From Cyanidioschyzon merolae (Eukaryota), in the NCBI GenBank assembly GCA_000091205.1, contig AP006491.2: DNA of 64,000 nucleotides; one strand, given 5' to 3'. The notes beneath the pieces were generated by a model. It did no database searches, had not been told where the DNA came from, and saw only the letters and a program-made list of their open reading frames with translations. The first letter of the stretch is position 1. Every line of letters begins with the position of its first letter. The translations under genes and the position numbers were made by a program. Positions 49,001 through 58,579 of this stretch are shown in pieces.

Positions 49001-50837
49001 ATCCATCGGACACGGTGACAGCACTCGGCGATATGCCCAAGGCGGATGCAACTGACGCAGACAGAGCAAGCGATGCGGACGAGCATGAAGCCTCAGTTCG
49101 AACAGAGAGGAAGGCGCGCCCAACAATGGACGTCGTAGCGGGTGTTGGTGATGTTGACGGTGCAGGCGTGCTTGTCGCGTTGCTCACAACAGGCGTCGAT
49201 GATACAGAAGGCGACGGTGCAGGCGTGCTTGTCGCGTTGCTCACAACAGGCGTCGATGATACAGATGGCGACGGTGCAGGCGTGCTTGTCGTGTTGCTCA
49301 CAACAGGCGTCGATGATACAGATGGTAGAGGCGTAGGCGTGCTTGTCGCATTGCTCACAACAGGCGTCGATGATACAGAAGGCGACGGTGCAGGCGTGCT
49401 TGTCGTGTTGCTCACAGCAGGCGTCGATGATACAGATGGTAGAGGCGTAGGCGTGCTTGTCGCGTTGCTCACAACAGGCGTCGATGATACAGATGGCGAC
49501 GGTGCAGGCGTGCTTGTCGTGTTGCTCACAACAGGCGTCGATGATACAGAAGGCGACGGTGCAGGCGTGCTTGTCGCGTTGCTCACAACAGGCGTCGATG
49601 ATACAGAAGGCGACGGTGCAGGCGTGCTTGTCGCGTTGCTCACAACAGGCGTCGATGATACAGAAGGCGACGGTGCAGGCGTGCTTGTCGCGTTGCTCAC
49701 AACAGGCGTCGATGATACAGATGGTAGAGGCGTAGGCGTGGGCGTGGGCGTGGGCGTCGGTGTTGGCGTAGGTGTCGGTGTTGGCGTAGGTGTCGGTGTT
49801 GGCGTAGGCGTCGGTGTCGGCGTAGGTGTCGGCGTAGGTGTCGGCGTAGGTGTCGGCGTAGGTGTCGGCGTAGGTGTCGGCGTAGGTGTCGGCGTAGGTG
49901 TCGGTGTCGGCGTAGGTGTCGGTGTCGGCGTAGGTGTCGGTGTTGGCGTAGGAGTAGGCGTAGGTGTCGGTGTTGGCGTAGGAGTAGGCGTAGGCGTCGG
50001 TGTTGGCGTTGGCGTTGGCGTTGCCCGACGGGTAGACGTCATTGCCGGTGTTGAAGAGGCAAGCGAATCTACAAGGCTGTTTCCATGAATGTAACTATCT
50101 CGCGGCCGAGACGTCGGTGTCGCAGAGCCTGTCCCTGAACTCGTTAAACTTGGTGTGAAAATCGCACTCCCACTGTTTGAGCTAATTCCCGTTCCTGTGG
50201 ATGATGCAGAAGCGGAACTAGTCGCGGTATTCACGCCGAAGCTGGGCGATGGTTGCAAAATAGGCTGAACAGTAGGTCCTGTTGTGTGCTGCGTATTCGG
50301 TGATGGTGATGGAGTTGGTGTAGGAGACGGTAACGGTGTCGGTGTAGGCGTCGGTGTAGGTGTAGGTGTAGGTGTAGGTGTAGGCGACCTCATAGGTGTT
50401 GGCGTCAGCGCTACCGTGGGTGTGCTCAGCGCCGGTGTCGAGACGGGACCGGGCGTCGAACTAGTTATGCTGGTTGGTGGCCCAGACACCGCTGAAACCC
50501 CAGAGTCCGTCGAGGTGCCACTCCCGCCTGTCGACGCAGCAGTGCTCGTCCCTGTAGATGTAGGTCCCGTGAAGCTGGTGCCACTACTGCTACTGTCAGT
50601 GAGGCCACCAGGCCCAGAGTTACGCCCGCCCAAAGCAGGACGCAGCATCTCGAACCAGTCGCGTTCCTCGAGTGACACATGGTCACTTTGCGAGGGTGCC
50701 TGTCGCGGACCCGCCGCGCTTGCGCAAGCCCGAATCGGTCCCCAAACTAGCGAAAGCAATAATAATAAAGATAGAACAAGAAAAATTAACGTTCCATATC
50801 TTGATCCTCTCATCGTGCGTAAAGTGCCTTCATTCAT
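46017..50837 (-). CDS. Giant mucin-like type I membrane glycoprotein B (paralog of 34807..38856): signal peptide, S/T/P repeats, conserved ~900-aa Cys-containing domain, EGF-like module, TM helix and polybasic stop-transfer
   Basis: [25 protein letters not shown] (signal). (TP)n tracts and 19-aa [19 protein letters not shown] repeats. The core is paralogous to mucin A. The EGF-like module is [69 protein letters not shown] is followed by [13 protein letters not shown]. The 3' boundary is undefined: no in-frame stop before the Sec1 ATG at 46016. Confidence 0.75.
49140..49740. repeat. 57-bp coding minisatellite (~10.5 units) inside mucin B, encoding 19-aa [13 protein letters not shown](A/T)TSTPA repeats
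   Basis: gatgatacaga(a/t)ggcgacggtgcaggcgtgcttgtcg(c/t)gttgctcacaacaggcgtc recurs with period 57 (starts at 49198, 49255, 49312 ...). Confidence 0.9.
49741..50040. repeat. Hexamer (GGCGTG/GGTGTC/GGCGTA)n array encoding (TP)n of mucin B; begins with the G-quadruplex-type run (GGGCGT)4
   Basis: ggcgtgggcgtgggcgtgggcgtcggtgttggcgtaggtgtcgg... seen directly. A further short array lies at 50290-50400. Confidence 0.85.
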
Positions 50838-52381
50838 CGTTCTAATAAGAAGTCCTTACGGAATATGCCCAGGCTGGACGATACGCGTTGCGGGAGGAAT
50901 GCCACCGGCGGATGCGCACGCCAAATTTGGCGCGAACACGTGTCGTGTACACGGATCGGGAGCTCACAGATAGACACGTGTTGCGATGACACGTGTCCTC
51001 GACGCATAACGCTGCGATTGCGTGCTCGCCACAGAGCATCGGTGATCTCGGGTCCATCGCCATTGCGCGGATATGTAGGGATACGGGATCGGTGAATCGT
51101 ATCGGATTATTCTAAAAATTCAAACGCTAGAACAAGTCTGAAGGAGCGTGATCTCAGATACCGCGAGACGCATCTACGTTTCACCGAGTACACAACAAAT
51201 CCGTTCAGGCGCATAAACTCGATCGATAAAACGACGTAGGTTTTCCGGACTCCGTGTCTTCCGAGGTGCCTTGTGGTGGCGCTGTCGGTGCGGCTGCGGA
51301 CGCCGCGTGAAGGCACGACGACTTGGACGTAGACTTATGGGAGTCGGTGCAAGCAACGAGCGCTGTGAAGTATGGTCGCTCGCTCGAACCAGAGGACCTT
51401 CTGATCGATCTAGTGTGAGACGTTCCCCGTCCAGTCAGGGGACCTCCTCAAGCTCCGCGTTCAGTCTCAATGGTATCGCTGGGACACGCCATGGAGAGCT
51501 GCGATTCAGTCTTTTATCGCGCAGTGCACATTCATCGCTGACAATTGTGGTCTGAGGCTCTTTCGAGAAGAATCAGGACTCCATCCCAGGTCTTCATGGT
51601 CGGTCACCCCTTTAGGGGTCGACTTGTTACTCCGACGCACAAATCCGTAGCAAATCGAGAATCAACGGATCGTGAAGGTTTTCTCGAGTTGCAACGTGCC
51701 CTGGAAAATCTCATGCAACAGCTGCGAAAATCTGGATATAAAATTGCCCCAAGCAGCGACTTTGCGTGAACACAGACGCAGCTCATCCACCAGCGAGTTT
51801 CAGGGAAAACTCGCAATATGAGGCTACCGTCGCACCGAGCAGGTAACGAGCGCGGGCGCAAACGTACCTCGCTCGTCAGCTAGTTTCAGGGACGGGACCG
51901 CCCCAGCCGCCTCGGCTGCAGCGAAGTGCGACGAGAAGAGTCCCGCTTCCATTCTTTCAAAATCATGGTGCACCTCGGAGGGCTCCTGTTCGACCATTGT
52001 CCATCGTTCGCGTACAGCACCTGCTCGGGAGCAGCAACCACGTCCGATTGCACGTGTGCGACGAAGTCTTCAATCACCTCGTACTTTTGCATCGCACACG
52101 AATCCCCCGCGTTCCGTACGTACTCGGATGCACCGTATTTTGCAGCAGAGCACGCTGAAGCCAGAGGGCAAGCGCCCTGCCACGCCTGTAGGAAATCCTT
52201 CCGTCGAGGTTGCTGCGCACGCATAAAAGTCCACGATCATTTGAGTTTATTTGCCAATACTATACAACTCATACTCCCGTGCATCATACATCGACTGATG
52301 GATGCGAGAGCTTTCCAGAATGCAACTTTCCATGAATAAGCGACACACGCGCTGTACTGCCAAATACTTGAACAACATGTC

Positions 52382-53533
52382 TCAGCTTCCGTATTGACTG
52401 GGATCCACCTCGCCGTGCTTCAGAGCAGCGTAGGGCGCCGGGTCCCCGCGATGCGCTTTAATGAGGTTAGCGCGCAAGTGATTCACATCCCGGTGGTGCG
52501 CCTCATCTGCGCGCGTCGCCAGGACGACGTCCCGTAAACGCGCATTCGGGTCCAGCTGCCAATAGTCAATCGCAATGGGTGGCGCGGGAATATTCGGGAT
52601 GCGGCCGTCGTCGATGTCCTTCAAATATTCCGTGTAGGATACAATCGCCTCCTCTTCGAGATAACCAACCAATCGATGTGCGGTCTTTGGTGATATTGTG
52701 TACAGCAATGTATAGAAACTGAAAAAGCCAGCCTGGGCGAGGATCACGAGCGCGCGCTCCAGCGCCCTTGGTTGTGCAATCGACATGTAAACCATGAGGT
52801 GCATACGCTCGTTTTCGGCCTCCTCGAGCAAGACTCGAATCCAGCCGCCAGACTGACGGAAACGACGCAGGCACTGCAGATGGAGCATCATGCCACCTAC
52901 CATACCAGGAACGGCTGCAACGGTCTCGAGCACAACTGCACGGTGGCCATAACGTCTTTGGAAGAAGGCATCGGCAAAAAAGCGCAGAAACTTCACCGTA
53001 TAGTATGCAAAGCGGTCACTAAATCCTGTTGGTTGCACGTGTCGCTTCAGATCGACGTTCAAGTTTGGTTTATAGGTGTGCTCGGGCAGGAAGCTGTGCC
53101 ACTTCCACGGGTAGTTCGGGTCGCTCTTGGGCGGTGCGTCTCTAACTGGCTGGTATGGTGTCTCGTCCGGCCTTCCAGTCGCGTCGGTTATTGTTGTTGT
53201 TGAAGACGTATCTGGCTGTGGCTGTGTACTAAGCGCCCGCGCACCCGTGCGCCAAAGAGGGGCGGCGGCAAGCCCAACTGGTGGCAAACGAGGTTCCGAC
53301 TCCCGCACACCTCTCGCGGTATAGGTTGCGCTCCAGGTAGTTAAAGACTTGGAACTCAGGCAACCAGCTAGTGACCAGTCTCGACAAGGCAAGTGCGGAG
53401 CATTTCCCGGAACGTTGCGCCACAGCCCCTGCTGACGCGCTAGCAAGTCGCCCACTCCGGTGGCGCGCACAGCCCGTCCAACTACTCTACAGTAAATACT
53501 CGTGACTTTCGGCACAATCCCTGCACAGACCAT
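52382..53533 (-). CDS. AOX: Mitochondrial alternative oxidase (AOX), di-iron carboxylate protein
   Basis: All four iron-binding motifs are present in order: [52 protein letters not shown]. The N-terminal ~140 aa are presequence-like. Confidence 0.92.
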   Translation of the reverse strand: MVCAGIVPKVTSIYCRVVGRAVRATGVGDLLARQQGLWRNVPGNAPHLPCRDWSLAGCLSSKSLTTWSATYTARGVRESEPRLPPVGLAAAPLWRTGARALSTQPQPDTSSTTTITDATGRPDETPYQPVRDAPPKSDPNYPWKWHSFLPEHTYKPNLNVDLKRHVQPTGFSDRFAYYTVKFLRFFADAFFQRRYGHRAVVLETVAAVPGMVGGMMLHLQCLRRFRQSGGWIRVLLEEAENERMHLMVYMSIAQPRALERALVILAQAGFFSFYTLLYTISPKTAHRLVGYLEEEAIVSYTEYLKDIDDGRIPNIPAPPIAIDYWQLDPNARLRDVVLATRADEAHHRDVNHLRANLIKAHRGDPAPYAALKHGEVDPSQYGS

Positions 53534-54453
53534 ACACTCAAGGTTGCAAGCACGAAAAGCTGGGGAAGTACTTTTTCGAAAACCGATCGCTTGACACCTG
53601 CGTTTGTGATCCGAGACTCAGCGGATAGTTGGTAATCCAGAATGAGGAACGTCTGCGCCACGCGCGAAGTGGCGCTCGCGCGCATCATGGCAGCCGGTGC
53701 GCCCGCTTCTAGAGCTGCACTACGCCCGCAACGCTGCGCACTGAATGAGCGTCGTCGCAGCTTGCGGCAGCGCTCAGCGGGATGCGTTTGCAGGCGCGCG
53801 CTGGCGCTCGTTGCGATCTGTGCACCGAGATGCCTCGCCCAGCGCCAAGCCGCTCAGAACAGGAAAGAGAGCAGGCAATCCATCGATGAAGGGGTACCTA
53901 CCCGTTGTGTCCAGTGTTCGGGTACGGATCGGTGTCGACCGTTACGGCTCGCGCGAGAATATAGAGCGGGCGAGGTGGATGCATTGCACCTGTTTGCTGC
54001 GGATGCGCGAATATTATCAGTCCGTATGGACTTGGCCGCCGCTAGACTCCAGACGCTTCCACGCTCCAGGAAGACGAGAACAGTTTTTCCGTGCGGAAAC
54101 GAACTTTGATCAGTCGAGGAACCCTGCGGGTGCCGAGGCTTTGGTGGGCGCTTCCTTCGGCACCGAATGCTCCTTCGTGGATATCTCGCGGAGACGAAGC
54201 GGCTTCTCGCCCGTAAGCAGCACGCTGCAGCGAGCGGCCTCGGCCATGCGCGAGTTGATAGCGTCGCGCAAATTCCGGTGACTGTTTTGATCATAATTTA
54301 CAAGAAACCTCCCATAGCGTCGATCTCCAGCACGTTACCGCGGTGGAATCTGGCAGCTCCGAGGGACGCGCCTCGGATAGCTGAGGAGCTAATGCGCTTC
54401 CGTCGGCGGGTGACGCAGCTCCAGCTCAACCTCTGTGCCGTTCTCGCTGCCGG

Positions 54454-55125
54454 ATGCGAAGAGAACTCCTGGAGGCCACCGCTGGTCAGCCACTAGTTTC
54501 TAAAGACTCATCAAATCGAGCCTCATGTTCGTACCCGTGGTTTTTGAGAAAAAGAAAAGTAGGATTCATGCCGGCCGCGTTCATCGTAGGCAACTGCTCA
54601 CGAACCTGGCACTCGGTGCTCGCTGCGCGACGCACCTCTACGATGAACTCTTTTCTAGGTAAAAGCAGCCCAGTGCTGCGACGCAGCATGCGCTTCAGGC
54701 TGGCCCTTGGGGCAGGCGGCGGTCGGAGCCTGTGCGTGAGGTCGAACTGCGAGGGACGAGCTCGACCCGGCGAACCCGAGCCGCCAGACTACGGCAAACA
54801 GTCCAAGGGGCCTGGTGGAAGCAATATCCCAGGAAGCGGCAGACCTGAGGAGCTCCCCGAAGAGGATCGGCCGCCGAGCTTTGAAGAGCAGTCTCCATAT
54901 GAGTTGACTCTGTCGCAGCAGCTGCTTCTTCAGCAATACATCGCGGAAATTGAGCAAACTAGCGCAGAGACCTGCCGTGAAATGTGCGCGGCCATCATGT
55001 CGCAGATGATGATGAAAGAGAATTTGATTAAGGAGCTCTTGGGGCGTGACGACATCCAGTTTCCGCCGATGCCCCAAATTCCGGGCTCTGATGATCCACC
55101 GCTCGATAGCGGGCCGAGGCGGTAA
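54454..55125 (+). CDS. Hypothetical protein; likely true start at internal Met (MNSFLGKSSPVLRRSMRFRLALG, presequence-like)
   Basis: ORF with basic N-terminus, Pro/Glu-rich middle and conserved-looking C-terminal helix YELTLSQQLLLQQYIAEIEQTSAETCREMCAAIMSQMMMKENLIKELLG. No family recognised. Confidence 0.25.
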   Translation: MRRELLEATAGQPLVSKDSSNRASCSYPWFLRKRKVGFMPAAFIVGNCSRTWHSVLAARRTSTMNSFLGKSSPVLRRSMRFRLALGAGGGRSLCVRSNCEGRARPGEPEPPDYGKQSKGPGGSNIPGSGRPEELPEEDRPPSFEEQSPYELTLSQQLLLQQYIAEIEQTSAETCREMCAAIMSQMMMKENLIKELLGRDDIQFPPMPQIPGSDDPPLDSGPRR

Positions 55126-56899
55126 CATCTATGCTTGGAACTGTCGTTCGCGTTATTCGGGCCTTAATCCAGCATGCGCAAGGATAGCATCACCAGGGAA
55201 CCGGGGTTTGCTACCTCGTCAGTACCTGCTCGAACCGAAACGCTTCGTCGTATGTGTAGAAGTGGCATGGATTTTTCGTGCATACGGCTCGACCGCTGTA
55301 GATGCGATCCTATTCCTGGTGCCCGCAGTTTCGCACAGGTCTACGAGACGGAAAGCACCATAAAACATTTCGAGTTTTGAGGTGTCACCGCACGCAGCGA
55401 TCACGCACCGGGCACGCGGTATTTTGGAAAGCACAACAACGCTGCGCGTTGTTGGTTTCACTGGAAAACTTGAACTGCACGAGGGTGCACATGAACGGTC
55501 AAGTAGCGTGGCATGGATGCAGGCGCTAGCAGGCCATTCCGCCTTGAGAAAGGTATGCGGGAGGAATCATTGCATAGGTTCGAGCTCATTGCAAGCTTCA
55601 CGTGAAGCGCACATTCCAGCAGTTTTGCGCTGAATCACGCCAGTATCGCACGATATCCCAGCCGCTGCTTCGTACCGCACACAGGCCTCTGTGATGAAGC
55701 GTTGCAACTTTTTGATGAAAAAGCGATTCTGTCTCTGGGGTAGGTTTTGTCGGAATATATACAGGCGTCCACCGCGTGGGAACTGTAGATTTTTGCGCTG
55801 CGATGGCCCCGGGTGCGCGTGCATCTGAGAATTCCTGCGGAAAAATTGCGGGACACTGCAAAGCTCCGCTGCAGAAAGCTCCACGCTTTTCGTTTCTTGC
55901 AACTCGTCCAGAAAAGGGATGCCGCTGAGCACGTAGCCAAGCTGGACGACAATACATGGATATACTGCAGAATGTTTCCGTGCTCTCCACCGCGTCCGGA
56001 AAGATGCTTCAGAGCCGGGCGCATACGGAAACGTGTGCTCATTCTTTACCAGTAGAAGAGCAGAATCGATTAGGTTTCTGTGAATTACCAGGAATGGACA
56101 TCCCCTGGTGGAAAGACTTTATTGCAACGCCCGCAATGAGTAGCAAAGACATTGGTTTTCGAAATCGTATCAACCCTGCCGTGCTGTTCCATACCAGGTC
56201 ATAGAGAACGCTGCAACGCAAATCGAACATCTCATTCGCGACCTGAATCGTAGCCAAGCGGAAACCGCAACACCCGTCGATATTGATTGAAAAAAGGTGG
56301 GGCCGCGCATTTCAGGGAGAGAACCTCGGGGCCCGCTTCAAGCATTCACTCGCGCTAAACCCAATGTATGCTCTCAGCTGGTGCCCTGGTTCGACCATCT
56401 TGAAGGCCAGCGAACGCAATCATACTTTGCCTCGTGATTGCCCGATGACAAGGCATCTCTGACGGCCTAAAAAAGGCAGTACGGCAGTGGCAGTTTCAGA
56501 TGTAGACCGCCGATTTCTTCCAGAGTCAGCTCCAGGCTGAGCTCGTCTTTCACCGGTGCCCAGATGCACCAGAAATACGTGTCAGCTCCGTTATGTGCAT
56601 TGCCACGAGTAGTTATCAGTTTATTGGTAAACTCGCGCTCAGGAAGGCACGCTCCGAATACGACACAAATGAATAACGTGCCTGCTCGTACGGGGCTCTG
56701 TACCCGTTTCAGATTAACCTGGAACACTGAAGTGCTCGCGCGTGCTCAGTCTTGCGATATTCTCCGTCTTTTTTTTCATATGTACACCCTCGACATTCGC
56801 ATTCCAGAAATAAACGATTATGATTCGTAAATAGTTTCGGGGTTGTCCGTCGGTGTTTCGGAGTCGCCCCTTCCACTCGCTCTAAAGCTAGAATTCAAT

Positions 56900-57900
56900 G
56901 ACATTGCAGGAATCAAGATGATTCGAAACGCTGGCAAACGAGGCTTTGTGAGCTAACGCGAAACACCCTCAAATTCATAACCATATGCATGCACGCTTCT
57001 CTTTTCCCCTCGGGTTGCATGCTGAAATCAGGCATTCTTCACGTTTTCGATCTCCCTGGTTCAAGGCAACTCGAGGTGCAGCAATTTGCACCAATGGATT
57101 GACGACGATCAAAACTCGACCTCGCTGCTCGACAACTTGTTCATGTGCGCATGCGGAAAGTGCGCTGAAGTTGTCACTTCAAATAATCGATTCCGTTCGA
57201 AGGAGAGATGCTCACCCCTTCGTAGCCATCGACGAAGCGGCATTCGAATGCAGCATAATACCTCTGATAGGATACGCTTCTAGAGGCTTCCGTCTCTTCT
57301 GTTTGGATACAGGGCTCTTGGACTCGAACCTGAGTCACTGCAGTGATCGCTTACAGTGGAGACTGCGTCACCGCCGTGCACGGACACAGCGTAGACGATA
57401 CAAAGTTTCTCGACTTGTCCTCCAGCTTGGATTCTCCTGTCGGGGCTCGCTTCATCATGGGCGAGGTTACGAGGCACAAATCTCCTACTGAATGCGACCG
57501 TATGCGCATGCGCGCGCTGTGGATAAAGTACTTGCAGAGGGTATCGTCGCAAAGAAGCCCAGGATATTCGCGTACGGAACAGGACATAGAAAGGGAGGGA
57601 GGCACTGAGGTTCGCCTTCTCTATATGTGAAGGGCATGTAGCGAGCGATGAAGCAAGCTTCTGACGCCTCAAGGCGGTGCTTGGAGGAGGCGCTGTCGTG
57701 GACGTACGGTAATACCCGAACACAGCCAAGTGTTACCGCTGCGAACGGTGCACCGCGGCTGTTTACACAGAAGATTTAAATGGAAAGAGAAGCGTCCACC
57801 CCAGCAATTGTTTGTGCACAAACTGCATTGCCAGCAGCCAAACTCAGTGATACCTGGACAAGAACAACGTCATCAACATCCTGCGACGGCTTACAGCAGA
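56900..57900 (-). repeat. Copy 3 of the dispersed AT-rich repeat family (reverse orientation); carries the best B-box-like match (GGTTCGAGTCC on minus strand near 57320-57330)
   Basis: 57311-57385 aligns with 42741-42815. 56990-57270 aligns with 42400-42700 (cgacaacttgttcatgtgcgcatgc vs cgacgacttgttcacatgctcatgc). 57540-57660 aligns with 43000-43110 (aagggcatgtagcgagcgatgaagca vs aagggcatgtacccagcgatgaagca). Confidence 0.55.
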
Positions 57901-58579
57901 GCTGGAGAGAATGCAGATGCCGGCGTTCGTACAGTCAGAGATTCCGAGTTCAAAGGAAAGCGATCACAGAAACAAGAACACGTGGCTGGTGCTGATGTCA
58001 GTAGAGAGTGACCCAAGCCTTCGATGGTCCACCCAAGGCATCCATTTTTTCCGTGTCGCTGTATTCCAGTCTAGGCATAGGCCAGTTGCGCGTACTCTTG
58101 TTGCTGAACCATACACGTACATCGTTGTCCGCTACGCAGACAGCGCGTGCGTGCGTGCGTGCGTGCATGCGTGCGTGCGTGCCATGCCGTCCGCGATGCG
58201 GAGGCGCATCGCAGCGTGAACTGCTGGACGCGTGCGGCGATCGGAGGCGCTTCCGCCTTCCGCATCCGCACCACTCGCTGCGCCAGTGCTCTGCGAAGAA
58301 GGTTCGTGTTCACCGGCTCACAGCGTGAACGCGTGATCATCGTTTCCAGTCATCATACGTGCAAAGCGTTCGTTCCAGAAAGCTTTAGAAAACGTCGAAA
58401 GCAACAGTAAACCAGACGCACAGTAATTGGGTGCGAAAACGTATGCCCTACTTCGGAAAGCGGTTTCAAAAGAGTTACGTGCACGGAGGCACCGTTGTTT
58501 GAGCACTTGTTCTAGACAGAGCGGTTGCACAATTTTTGCAGCCAGTTATCTAGATAGAACGTAGGCTATTGCGAAAAAG

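Noticed and set aside
57311-57390. tRNA-like segment (GACTC-AGGTTCG-AGTCC T-arm-like hairpin, B-box GGTTCGAGTCC) in the dispersed repeat, possibly a tRNA gene
   Set aside because: No sequence complementary to the putative 3' acceptor strand (AAGAGCC) occurs ~65 nt upstream. There is no credible D-arm or anticodon stem. The same block is degenerate in the other copies. It was treated as a tRNA-derived or Pol III-box-like part of a repeat, not a tRNA.
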